DNA of 64,000 bases from the human T2T-CHM13v2.0 reference genome, Homo sapiens. A program made the translations under genes and the position numbers. The stretch lies in the NCBI RefSeq assembly GCF_009914755.1, contig NC_060926.1. The stretch is one strand, 5' to 3'. How positions within the stretch are numbered: position 1 is the first letter of the stretch; every line of letters begins with the position of its first letter. The notes beneath the pieces were generated by a model. That model did not search any database. It was not told the DNA's origin and saw only the letters and a list, made by a program, of their open reading frames with translations. This document shows, piece after piece, positions 44,991-59,856 of this stretch.

Positions 44991-46750
44991 TATTATTTGT
45001 TGATTACCCATATAAGCAAGTCAGTAAGCTAGATTCTTTACATAATTTATCTCACTGACAATCTTAAACACCTTGAGTTATGTATTCTTTCACTTATCTT
45101 GCACCAGGAAAAGTGGCCTCCAAGAATTGTGACTTTCATAATATGCATGAGAAAGAGAAATCAAACACAAGTTAACCGGTCCTAAGGCCTTTGTTCTTAT
45201 AAAAATAAAATAAAAAATAAAACACTAAGCTTCCCAGAAAGTTAAAATTTTTATTCACTAGTCTAAAATTCTAAATGGGGATGATAAGCTTTCTGGCTTG
45301 GACAGTATAAGGCTAGAAACCAATGATGACTGTGTTTGTTTGCCATGAACAAGAATTTAGACATGCACAAAGAGCAATAATTTGTCTCTGATTGGCCCCA
45401 CAGTTCCAGGCTTCACATGGGAAACGGGAGGCTCAGGTCTGGGCAAATTATAGCCATTTCTACCATGTGGAATGCAACAATGCCATGGTACCTTCTTCAC
45501 ATACAGACTACTACCACAAGGAAACCAATTATCCACCTCCTCCCTCTCCAGCCACCAGTGAATTTTGTGCACCACTGTCAGATTATATTTTCTAAAATTT
45601 GTGCCCCTTCATTTTCCAGGCAACTATAAAACAACGTTATGGTTGTTCACTGTCTCTGGAAGTTCACATTTCAGAGCTAGGTATTCAAGTCTATTCACAA
45701 TATTTTCTCAGGTTTATCTTCACCTTTATCATACCCATAGATATTCAGTGAAATTGAATGTGTCTCAGATTTATGCAGACATCCTGAGTTTTCACCTCAA
45801 TGATCACTCAGTTTCCCTGTAGCTTCTTATGTAACTCCTACAAATGCTTCAAAGGCCTCCTAAATAACACTTCCTCCTTAAAACAGTTTTTATTTATTTA
45901 AAACTGCTACTTATTAACAAAAATAATTTGCATAATCATTATCCAGGTAACATTAACTAAGCGCTTGAGGTGAATATAATTAATTAGTTACAATCATAAT
46001 CATTGCTTTAATTGCTATATACATATGTATACATTATGGTTTCTTACAGGAAAACACAGTGAAAACAGTGTATCCTAAATACCCAGTGTTCCCATTCCAA
46101 ACTATATTTCTACTCTGGTATTAACTGTATTATCTCTAATTAAAATTCATACTGATAATTTAGTTTTGGATTATTAATGTCTTCTTGAATATTTGATTAA
46201 TGACTCTAAACAAGCATGCTTTCTACATAGCTCTCAGCATTTGGCAGGACTAAAAGATTCCTACTAACAATTGTTTTCCATTTAAACATTAAAGTTCTAA
46301 AACATAACGTTTCAAAGGAGTTTCTATTTCTACAAAATTTATTCTGACCCTGGAAAAACTTCCAGCTATACAAAAAACATAATCTTTATGATAGCTTACT
46401 TTCTTCATCTTAAGAAAAGTGTGGAGGAAGAGCAGAGTTGCAACAGGCTGCTTACAGGCTATCCAAGTGAAAGGGTTGATATGAAAGTTGGAGATGTAAG
46501 TGCAGAACTTGGAAGTGAACGTGAATCGAGATTTAACTAGATGAATCACTCATACTGAAGGATCATTGAAGCCATAAGTCAGTAGGACAATTAGTATGGA
46601 AGAAAGTATAAATGCTGAAGGAAAATAAAAATTGTCAATACTTGTGGGAGGGAAGAAGAGAGATGACCCATAGAATAACATGATAAAAAGGAGAAACAAT
46701 GTAATAGAAGGTCATGGCTGACAAGGGAGGAGTCCTGACTGTAATTAGTA

Positions 46751-47086
46751 CACTATTTTCCCCTTTATCTGCAGTTTTGCTTTCTGCATTTTCAGTTACC
46801 CACTGCCAACCACAGTTCAGTACAATAAGTGTGTATAGCACAGTAAGATATTTGGGGAGAGAGAGACTATAATCACATAACTTTTATTATAGTATATTGT
46901 TATAATATTTTGATTTTATTATTAGTTATTGTGGTTAACCTCTTATTGTGTCTAATTTATAAGTTAAACTTTATCATAGGTATGATGTATAAAAAATAGT
47001 ATAGATAAGGTTCACTTCTTTTTGTGGTTTCAGGCATATAATGAATGTCTTGGAACATATCCCTTATAAGTAAGGAGGGATTACTG
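46751..47086 (+). mobile_element. MER44A-like (Tigger7-derived) DNA transposon
   Basis: TIR-like ends cactattttccccttta...taaggagggattactg with TA on both sides. Internal cacataacttttattatagtatattgttataat. Confidence 0.85.
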
Positions 47087-47569
47087 TATTTCAAGGACTT
47101 TAGAGAAGTGCAGAGAATAAAGTCTCATTGTGCAGTCATCAGTGACAGTGGAGAGAGTTTACAGGAGCAGTGGAAGTGGAATCTAGAGCAGCACAGGCGT
47201 AAAGCTGAGTGAGTAGAATACAGGTTACTGTTTGAGGAAGATAAGTGGCAAAAAAATTTTTTAAACATAGCTCAAAGGGAATCTAAAGATAGTTTGGGGG
47301 CTTTGTTGTTTTGATGTTTTATTTGCTAAATTATGTTTTTGTTTCATTGCTCTTGTTGTTGGGTTGTTGTATATTCCATTTTTGTTTTGATTAAGCTCTA
47401 TTTATCTCTTTAAATTCCTTTTATTTTCTTCTTAACTTGCACTTGTCCCCACCACTTTCATATTTATAACATCTCCAAGACTCTTCTTGTTAAGGTTGCT
47501 ATAATTTCCATGCTATGAAATATCAGAAATCACTTCTCTGTCCCTACCATATTTGAAATTTAAACTGCA

Positions 47570-47885
47570 TTTAAAATAATTGATTATTTCCTCCTTCTTT
47601 AAATGCTTTCTTTTCTTGGCTTCTATGACTCAACTTTTTCCTGCTTTCCTTCTACCTTCCTCAACAGACTTCTTTCCTGTCTCTTCCTCCTAGGCTTAAC
47701 CTCCAACTGTTGATAGTACTCCAGATTTGAACATAAATCATCTCACCTCTGTGTTTTCCTTATCTCTGTGAAATCCTGGCTTTAATACCTTCTCTTGGTC
47801 AATAACTCTCAAATATGTATTTGTTCTGGACTACTCTCTTGAATGTCAGATTCATATTCAACTGCCTAGTTAACATCTCCACTGA
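47570..47885 (+). mobile_element. L2 fragment
   Basis: cctccttcttt...cttggcttctatgac...caactgcctagttaacatctccact. Confidence 0.6.
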
Positions 47886-47901
47886 CTCTTTAAAAGAAAT
47901 C

Positions 47902-49155
47902 TCATTCAAGATATGGCAGCTCCACCAGGTGTTATGTTCCCTGTGGAGCCACTGGGTCCCCCACCACCCCCACTGGAACTCCCAAGCTAGGCTTTGCTTC
48001 TTCAGGAAGCTCCAGGTTCTCTAAGACCTTATGACAGTACCTTGATGGAAAAGTTGAAGTCATATTTTCAGGCTTGCTTTGCTTCTCTGGTGAGTCAGAA
48101 GTATGCCAATGGCACCAATCAGGAAGAAATTCAAACTGGTGTTGATCAGTGTATCCAGGAGTTTCTGGATATTGCAAGACAGATAGGATGTTTTTTTCTT
48201 CAAAAAGATTGCAATTATCTGTCCAGAAACCAGATAATGCTATCAAAGAGGATTTCTTTGAACTAAGGAATGAATTATAGTGGAAAGACATGCTGGTCCA
48301 GAAGAACTTGACATAGTTGCGGCATTCATGGCAGGTGCTGGAGGACATCAATGTGCAGCACAGAAAGCTAGCCGACATCCCTCAGGGTTCCTTGGCCTAT
48401 CTTGAGTAGGCATCTGCCAATATACTTGCACCTCTGAAGCCAACCTGAGCAAAAGGCAAAGCCTGTCAGCATGAGAGTGGCTGGTGTCTGAGACAACTCT
48501 ATGCAGACACTTTTTGCCACACATCCCTTCTTGTGGACTTGACATTTTGGAAGAACTCTGCCAGAAAATGAGTTGATTTTAGTTTTAGGCTCCCATCTAA
48601 AATTTTTTCACTATTTTTATAGCTGTTAATTTCTTGGGTATCTTATAAAAATGTCTGTGGCTTGGGCAACCCAGTAAATTTTTTTATCTTTAGCAAAGTT
48701 TTAGAGTATTAGTGTGATATCACTTATACATTATTTTTTATACTTTTTCTACATGTTTTAAATAACTTTTTAATGACTTTTCATCTTTTTATATATGTTC
48801 TCAATTGTTACATTAGTCTGATCTGGACAACGGATACCCAGTGGAATTTGGGAGCCTTTAACTCAGAACCATCCAAGAAAGTGCATTCTTGAAAATCCAG
48901 TTTCCAGCCTTGGAATGCAGTGGTGATAGTACTGAGTTGACAACAGACATCTACCATGAATGTAATAGAAAATAACTTATTGCATAATTTTCAATATTAT
49001 GCACAATGGTAAGATGAGATATGCCTCAAACTTTGTCCCCCTCTCCAACTCATACCTAATTTGAATTTCATTTATGGGTGTAAGCAAAATTAGAACTTTG
49101 TCTTGTGTTAAAATGGAAATTTAAAAAGTTTAATAAAATGTCTATGCTACTTTGA
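47902..49155 (+). pseudogene. MED28P: Processed pseudogene of Mediator subunit MED28 (CDS remnant 47913-48448, probable 3' UTR to about 49150)
   Basis: Intronless. Translates to MAAP...[44 protein letters not shown] and ...[36 protein letters not shown], matching MED28 from N- to C-terminus. A frameshift near 48205 and premature stops (about 48278 and 48407) disable it. AATAAA lies near 49132. The 3' boundary is approximate, and I cannot tell which numbered MED28P locus this is. Confidence 0.95.
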
Positions 49156-50743
49156 ATGAATCAATAAGATGTTTTCTTGAGATCAGGTTTTAAAGAAGGG
49201 ATAAAGAAACAGAAAATATGAAACTTTAGTTTCCTGAGAGGGATCTATACCACAAAATAAAAACAAGAGGAGATAAAAGAAAAACAAGATTTTGGGAAGA
49301 TGAACTACAGTTTTGCCCAACGGTAGCCTGAATGGAGTACAGGGAAAATTTTGTCCTACTTCCAAGGTAAAACAAATACAATAATTTAAAGGTATCCTTA
49401 TTACACTGTCACAATAAACTCATAAGTTTAAAAATGGGTCATTTACAGAGAAATTAAGATTTTGTTTTATAATTAAATTTTTAATCCTTGCAGCATAAAG
49501 ACAAATTTTACATGATGCTCATGCTGTAAAAGATAATTATGTCTCTATCAGACAAATTTGAATTCCACTTTGCTTTTCTTAACGGTTGGTAGGATTTATT
49601 GTTTTATTTAGAGAAACTTTAAATTGATTTTTATTGATTTTTAATGGTTCCCTCCTCCTCAAAAATAAAAAGCAGTATGATGTTTCTTTCTCAGTTAACT
49701 CATTTACCAGCTATTGATTACTTTGAGTCAATAATCTGGCAAGTGATCATGCAATTGGGAAAGCTGAATTTCTTCATGTGTTTATTAGGAATATGAAAAA
49801 ACTGCTGCTAGATTGGACTAGCACACACATAAATCAACAATGTTGAAGTCCCTAATTCCTTTCCACTAGTTATTAGAAGAGATCCCCGGATGTACAAAAG
49901 AAATTGTAATCCCCAAAGAAAATACCTAGGCAAAATTGCCTAAATGATACAAAAAAGATATGTTGGTAAGGAAAAAGAGAAAAGATTAAGATAAACACCA
50001 GAGTTTGCAGAGCAAAATGAGAAGAGCTGAGACTAGTAATCCCCTGTTGATATATGATAGGAAGCACTGGTGCACAGTGCCTTTCAAGATACTGGCACTA
50101 TGAACTGAATTCATTACAGAACATTATTTACCTGTGCTCTGTCTGTGAAGGTACTATGTCAAAAATAATAATGGAGATAAAAATTTCAATCTTACTGACA
50201 GTGCCTAGGGATGATGCCATAAGACTGTGCTGGCAACTTCATCTTAAAGTTCTGTTTTCTATTATTATAAATTTTCTAAAAAAAAATACTTTAGTGCTGT
50301 TATTTTTCAACTGGTCTCTTGGTGATATTGTAAGAAAGATTGAGTAAAATCTATTCAACTGTTTTGTGTATTTCATCTAGTAAATATTTATTATTCCATG
50401 ATATTAATCCATAAACATGTCACAGTATTGTTCCCTGTACTGATCAAAATACATTCCCTGGGATTTAGGATTAGATATATTTTGTAAGCACAATAAATAG
50501 TAAATTAAAGTTTTAACACAACAAAAAATGAAAAATAGAAGAGTGGTCAAGAAATATACAGTATAAACATGATAAAGTGTATTAACCTAAGTCACACTCT
50601 TAGGTAAAACATCTTTGTTATAAGTATATTTTCACCCCAATTTAATAATGTCACATCAAGAAGACCCCAAAGCCTGCCTAAGGAGCAAGTTTACTTGAAT
50701 GATTTCTAATGTGTCCCCCAACCTTCCCTAATTGACATCTTAC

Positions 50744-50869
50744 CTAATGTCTAAAATTTAATATTTGAAATTTTCTTTTTCGGACTAAAACAGTCAAGTT
50801 GGTTGTTGAAAATGGTACAGTAAGCTTTTTCAGACCTTTCTCCTTTAATGTAGAGCATGTATATGATTC
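50744..50869 (-). other. Candidate 126-nt spliced exon
   Basis: Minus strand reads ctccacttattccatactcag|GAATC...ACATTAG|gtaaga, in non-repeat sequence. Every frame meets a stop by the exon end. Confidence 0.4.
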
Positions 50870-51929
50870 CTGAGTATGGAATAAGTGGAGATTTCTCAGA
50901 AACAATATTAAATAAGGAAAAGACATGTCTCATAATGATGCCTACAAGTATGATATCATCTAAATAAAGTTTTAAAACACACAGACACACGAACAGCACA
51001 TGCTGGTTACAGACATATGTAAATGTAATAGCATGTAAAATCAGGAAAAAATACTATTTTTAAAAAGTGAATTTCTCTAACAAGGAAAGAAAAATACCTA
51101 TAATGAAGAAATTCAAACAATATAAATAAGACAAATATATTTGAATTTAGTTATCTTTAAATATTCTCTGCTTTAAAATAACAATATATCTGTCTTAAAT
51201 AATCTACAAGACTTAAGATTCTCTCTTTGCTGTTAATATCAAGGTGTCTTAAGATTTACCTAGTTCTTTCTATAATGTCAAAAATTGCTCTATTTTTCAA
51301 CAAATATCACTATTGTATTCCATGATACATCTTGTCTTTATTTCGGATATTTAAAAATTCTGAACACTGAGAATTCTGAACACTCAGTACTTGCGTGAGT
51401 GTTGAGCACAGAGAGATGCAATCAAATTTCTCATCATTAGTTGACATTCTCTTCTAATGTTTTGAGGAAATGAAAGCCTATCTATAAGCACTGGCTGATG
51501 AAAGGGAATTATAGCAAGTATTAGGAGATAATTGTGTAAACCATGAGATGCTTATTAATTATCTGATGATGACTTAATACTAACACATATTAGTCTATTT
51601 GTATTTAGAAAAAAAGCAGATATAATAAAAACAGCTGCTAACAAGAAAAAATGTGTTCATTATGAGTTTCAGTAACTTGTAAATGTCTATCTGGCAATCT
51701 ATTAAAATTATATATGTATAACATACATATATATATAAAATAACAAAAGTATTCAAAATACTTAACCAGTATAACATGGGTTTCAGGCAATTAAAAAAGC
51801 AGATAGACCAATCAGAACAGAAGCTGACTATAAACAAAAGGCAAATCACACCCTTCTCTTAAGGGACTAAGAAAAGGTAAAAATAATTATCATTTCCTTA
51901 CTATATATAGCCCTGCTTTCTCATTTAAT

Positions 51930-52197
51930 AGCAATGCTTCTCAAATTTTGATGTGCATATGAATCAACTAGGAATCTTGGGAAAACGTAGATTCTGATTC
52001 ATTACATCTGGAGTGGGTTATAAAACACTGTTATCCAAAGTGTGGTCCTCAGACTATTAAAATAGGTGTCATCTGGGAGTTTGTTGGAAACATACAATGT
52101 CACGGCCTTTCCCAAACCTACTGAAGAATAATCTACATTTTAATACAATCCCTGAATAATTCATATTTCAAATATTAAAATTAAGAAGCACTGTTCT
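51930..52197. mobile_element. MER5A fragment followed by a MER5B-like element
   Basis: gcttctcaaattttgatgtgcatatgaatca...gattctgattca, then caaagtgtggtcctcagac...acctactgaa...ttaagaagcactg. Confidence 0.7.
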
Positions 52198-52529
52198 GAC
52201 ATATAACCTGGTGCTTTTAATTGATCAAAGGCAAATAAGGGAATGGGGAAAATTTTAGAGAATAAGAAAGACTCAAGAAATGTAAATCAAATACAACATA
52301 TGAAACTTGGTATATGGAGTTTGTTGATAGTAAAGAACTATTGTTAATTCTGTTAAATGTAATAATTGCATGTAATTATGTAGGAAAAATAAAGCAAAAT
52401 ATTAACAATTGCTCAAACTAACCAATGGGTATATGAAGGGTCATACATAAATCTCTCTATTTTGTGTATGTTTGAATTTCCTCATAATAAAACTTAAACA
52501 GTCCCCAAAGATTATTAATTAAATATTGC

Positions 52530-53345
52530 AGCTTCTGTGAGTCAGGAATTCTGACACACAGCAGCTTAGGGTCTCTCATGAGGTTGTAGTCAGATATTGC
52601 TGAGACCTGCAATTATGAAAGCTTGACTGGGATGGTAGGATCCACTCATCACATGGCTACATGACTAGAAAGTTGGTGCTGGCAAGTTGGTTCCTCTCCA
52701 CTTGGGCCTCTCCAGGAACTGTTTGAATGTCCTCATGACCTAGTGGCTGGTTTTCTCCAGAGCAAGTAATCTAAGAGATCAAGGCGGGAATTTTAATGTC
52801 TTTTATGATCTAACCTTAAAAATCACATCCCATCTCTTCCATTGTATTCTATTGGTCACTTTCTTTCAGAGTGTTCCAATTACTGCAAAGGAGAATAAAT
52901 TAGAGAGGAGCAAGATTTGAGGCAAGGACACCAATTTTGATAATTTTTTCTACATTTTTTATCGCACTCAAAGATTTTTGGCAAATTACAGAATTTAAAA
53001 CTAGAAGAATACTTGTCCATCAGATTGGTGACACAGGGTAATTGCTCTAATAATCTCAAATTTTCATTGGCTTAATACAATAAAAATTTCTTTTTTACTC
53101 AGGCAATATCCATCCAGGTCAGCAAAAGCTGCTTTGTGACCCACAGCTTTATAGTCTTCTCGGTTCAGCAAATAGAGGAAGGAAGATATATTTACCTGTG
53201 GGAATTTTTAAGGGCCAGGACTGAAAGTGGCGTATGTTACTTATACCAGATGTCGTTGGCCATAATTCAGTCACATGGACACTTCTAAATGCAAAGAGGC
53301 TGTATGACCAGGAAGAAGAAGTTCATTTGTTAAACAACTATCCAG
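52530..53345 (-). mobile_element. Old MLT1-type LTR fragments (about 52530-52860 and 53030-53345)
   Basis: gtgagtcaggaatt...gttcctctccacttgggcctctcc...ttttatgatctaacctt, and tggcttaatacaataaaa...cagtcacatggacacttctaaatgcaaagaggctg. Confidence 0.6.
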
Positions 53346-53770
53346 TTTATGTCTTAGGAATCTTCTAATCTGTATGTTTTAATTTATAATGGAAGGATAT
53401 TGGGATCCAGGGAGATAAAGGTCACATAACGAGTGTCAGTCTGGAACGAGAATTTACATAATTTGACTCCCATTTCGGTTATCTTGTCTTTCTATCAAAT
53501 GGTGACAATTTGTTCTCACTCCTATTCTATGTTCATGATTTCTTGTTTGTTCTTTAATTGAATTTATTTTAAATTCAAATATGATTTTAGTCAATTTGGG
53601 CTACTATAACAAAATGCCATAAACTGAGTAGCTTATAAACAGCAAAAATTTATTTCTCAGTGTTTTGAATGTTGGGAAGTTTCAGATCAAGGGGCTAGCA
53701 GATTTGATGTCTGGCAAGGGCCCACTTCCTCACTGACAGCTGTCCTCTCACACTAACTACACATAGTGCA

Positions 53771-55572
<1,802 letters not shown>

Positions 55573-55890
55573 GAACATTTTAGGGACAAATGAGTATATT
55601 TTTAATTAAATTTCCTGAGTGTGATAATACTGCAATTTTGTAGGGGCATGTCTTTTTTCAAATATGCTGATATATTTAGGGGTAAAGTGTCATAACATCT
55701 CCAACTTTCACATAGTTCAGGGGTGGAAGTATTAATATATGTAGATAAAAAGCAGATGTGGGAAAATGATAATAGTTGTTGAATTTAGTTGAAGGGTACA
55801 TAATTGTTCATTATATAGTTTTTGCTATTTTCTCTGGTTTATAACTTTTCAAAATTAAATTAAAAAAATAAAATTATATTTTAAAAAAAA
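55573..55890 (+). other. Putative L1 3'-transduced segment (old L1ME-like 3' end plus second A-tail)
   Basis: Non-MLT1A, non-L1PA sequence between the L1 tail and the resumed LTR. Ends AATAAA(55867-72)..AAAAAAAA. Confidence 0.65.
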
Positions 55891-57821
55891 GAGTGAGGGA
55901 GTCTCTCTCAAGTCTCTTTTATAAGGGCACTAGTCCCATTCATGAGAGTTCTGGCTCTATTAGCTAATCACCTCCTAAAGTCCCCGTCTCCTAATACATC
56001 ACCTTGAGGATGAGGATTTCAACATATGAGGTTTGGGGGAACATAAACATTCAGATAATACCAAATACTAAAATGGATTCAAAGCTGAAAAATAAAAATT
56101 AAGCTGTTGGCAAATTATACAACCAAACATTACTTGAAAGTCAAATTTATTAGGGGTTCAGATGGATACCTTGTAAACTATAACTTCACAAAACATACAA
56201 AGTGTCTTAAACTATTTCCCTTAAATAAGAAGTGATAAATTAATGGTTTTTAATTTTATGTGCAAAGACAATTCAGTCATGAAAAACTTAGCCTTTGGTA
56301 TTGACTTGTATGCCACTGCTATACATTTTCTTATTTTCTCACAAACATCAGACTTTCTTAATTAAACAAATATATCATCTCTACCTTGTGATTACAATTC
56401 AACAATTAAAACCATGGAATTAAAAGAAACAACATTTATTTTAGAGCTTGTAGAGTTGTTTATCTTGCCAAATAACTAGAGAAAAGGGGCTCCCCACAGT
56501 TCATATGCTGTTTATGAAGGTAATATTGTATAATTTATCACTAGATAAAACACGACAGGCAAGTTCAAAGAAAGTAATGGCATTTTCACTTTGAGCTTGA
56601 TGAAGCATATATAACAGCAAAACATTATCCTTGTCTCTATTTCATGGTACGGGAACATGCACTTTCTCTCACCTTAGGCCCCAGTTAACTTTACTGTTAA
56701 TAACTTCAGTATATACCTAACATTGTTTTTGTTTATTTTCCCACATCACCTATATACATATAAATCTACTTCATATTTTCTTCTACTGCCTTTGCTTAAA
56801 TATGTATCACTGTGTGGTTTACCATTCTTTCAACTTTTCTTTTGCAGTTCCCATTCTTAGACTTCATAACACATGGTAGATATAGTCTATGTTCTGCTTA
56901 AGAAGATTTATCCCCTTCTTTCATATTTAAGATTTTGCCTTGTCCTCATGAAATAAACAGATTTCTACCCTGAATGAAGTTAAGTGCTCATAATTCAAAG
57001 ATAAATTGTCTGTGCTGGCCTACAAATTGACCATGTACACAAAATGTACCTGTTCACAACTCTGATCATCCAGATATGTAACTAAAGATGAGTTGATCAT
57101 AATCTCCAGGAAGTTACAATTTTATATAAAAGCCCTACCCTAAACCCAGCCTTCTGGAGATAACAAAGGCTTTGAAAGTTAAGTCTAACATTTCTCATTA
57201 TTTCCTGTGACTTGGAGACCAACTCAGTATAATATTTGGGTTTGATTCACCAATACCTTACATTTCAAAAGGCATAATAAATAGCTGAAATTGCCTTGAA
57301 TTCTGGAAAAGTCCAGAAACATAAATTATAAGGCAAAGGCTATTTAGAAAACTTAGGAGGTAATATGATGAGGGGTAAATAGAGCATATAGATCGGTTCA
57401 AATTCAAACAATATCTTAGAAATAAGTAGATTTAATCATCTGAGGAAGAACAATCTTGTATCAAAAATAGAACCAAAGAACAAAGACACTGGCAAATAGA
57501 TACACTAATTTTATGCTAATTGATGTCTGTAAAAAAAATCTTAAATAGCTTGGAGTTTTTGTTTATTTGTTTTGCACAATTAAGACTACAGAAACAAATT
57601 ACTATTTCCACATTTGGAAGGAAACAAAGGAGAATTAGAATTACCACTGGGAAAAGACTGCACAGTTCTCAAACAAGATAGCTTAGGACTCCATACCTCT
57701 TCCCAAATTATACTGACAAAACAGTACAGAAAAGTAGATTCTAAGTCTAATAGTGGCACAAAATAAGTAGCACTTTGAGTACTATCCAAGAAGTGGTACA
57801 TAATGTTCCTAGGCTAGAACT

Positions 57822-57851
57822 GGGGGAGTTGGGGGGACTGGGTCGGGGGGG
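57822..57851 (+). other. Canonical G-quadruplex motif
   Basis: GGGGG-AGTT-GGGGGG-ACT-GGG-TC-GGGGGGG: four G-runs with 2-4 nt loops. Confidence 0.7.
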
Positions 57852-58009
57852 ATCTTATTAAGTCAAAACAGGACAAAAGAAAAACAGAGTGATTTGTATT
57901 TGTAAAAATATGTAAATCCAGCTATGATTATTTTGAATATCTCAGGGATGCAGACCTGTCCATTCTGCCACTAACCCAGAAGCCAGTCAGTGTAAATAAA
58001 TTAGAATTA

Positions 58010-58375
58010 TAGAAGGTTCCCAACCTATGATGATATGATTTATAATTTTTGTCTTTACAATGGTGCAAAAGCAATACACATTTAGTAGAAACCATACTTA
58101 GAGTCCACATACAACCAATCTGTTTTTCACTTCCAGTACTTTATTCAATAAATTACATGACATATTACCACTTTATTATAAAATAGGCTTTGTGTTAGGT
58201 GGTTTTGCCCAACTATAGGCTAAGTGAGTGTTTTGAGCACATTTAAAGTAGGCTAGGCTAAGCTATGATGTTTGGTAGTTAAGGGATAATAAGTATATTT
58301 TCAACTTATGATATTTTCAACTTAAATGCCAGGGTTCATTGGCATGTAACCTGCTCATAAGTCAAGGAACATCTG
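58010..58375 (+). mobile_element. MER47A-like (Tigger-derived) DNA transposon
   Basis: TA-flanked. Contains tttacaatggtgcaaaagcaatac, aggctaggctaagctatgatgtttggtag and the end gtcaaggaacatctg. Confidence 0.85.
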
Positions 58376-58411
58376 TATTATGATTCATGTTACTTCTTCT
58401 CTGCCCATTGA

Positions 58412-59306
58412 TGTAGGGAGACCCCCTGAAACTATTGTGATGGAATAAAAGATGAAATGCTCCTGATTATTGTAAATACAAAATTGCATACAGGATTGTG
58501 TAAAGACAATGCCAGGTTGGACTGCCAGAACGAGCCAACAGCAAGTGATGTGCTTCCCCCTGCAGAGGGCCTATGAATGGATGTGCAGTCAGGGAGGTTT
58601 CACATCACCAAGATTCCTATCCCAGAAGAGCAGATGTTCATAGCTCTGGGAATGGAATGCGACCCTTGTGGAGAGCCTATAAACGGACGCATGGGGGGGT
58701 GCCTGTCCATATGGATAAGATAGGGCTATAAACGCTCTCATCTTGCCACGGCTCTTCTAGGCCTCTTTAGGGTTAAGGCATACTCCCTTCTGAGAATTTC
58801 TGGTCTAACTGGTTGTCTAGCTTCATGTCCTGTTTCCATGGATTGTTTGTAACCAGCTTTTGTTGCAATTGTTACTGCTGATTAATATCTTGCTAATCAT
58901 AGGTTATGGAAAGATTGTGTTTCTGTTTTAAGGCTCTGTTAGAAATTACTGATGCACACACTATATTGTAAATTCTTATCTCTGTATACTGTACTTCTAC
59001 ATACAAATGTACTGTACTTCTACATACAAATGTTGTGTTAAAGAATTACTTCATCCCCATGTGACCATCTCACCTCATAATCAAATGACCCTAAATCCCT
59101 CACTAACCTACCCCCGCCCTCACTAAACTTAATAATAAATGCTGGTATATCCAGTGCATTGTTGGCACTGCGGGACCAGAAGGCAGTGACCCCCTGGACC
59201 CAGCTTTCACTATCTTGTGTGTGTCTATTATTTCTCAACCTGCCGATCCACCTAGGAGCAAAGAGAGCCCCATTGTATTGCGGGCTGCTGGCCAGATCCT
59301 GCAATA
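58412..59306 (+). mobile_element. ERVK-class solo LTR (LTR13A-like)
   Basis: tgtagggagaccccctgaaactattg...gctgctggccagatcctgcaata. 6-bp TSD cattga/cattgg, typical of betaretrovirus-like ERVs. TATAAA at about 58678 and 58727, AATAAA at about 59134. Confidence 0.85.
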
Positions 59307-59459
59307 CATTGGTATCTTTACAAATTTCTTAGACTAGGAGTAGGATGCAGTAACTCCCTAAGCCATACTTTGGAGTTGAAAAGGCTTTGTAGCAATCCTT
59401 GCAGCCATGGAACTTTTCTTACATTCCTTACAGCTGCCAGGGAAGAATGAGATTGCCTA

Positions 59460-59856
<397 letters not shown>

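Noticed and set aside
45357-45629. Three overlapping short ORFs in unique sequence
   Set aside because: No recognisable protein similarity or strong splice pair. The locally higher GC explains the fewer stops.
47932-48378. 148-aa minus-strand ORF
   Set aside because: It is the antisense shadow of the MED28 pseudogene CDS and has no independent homology.
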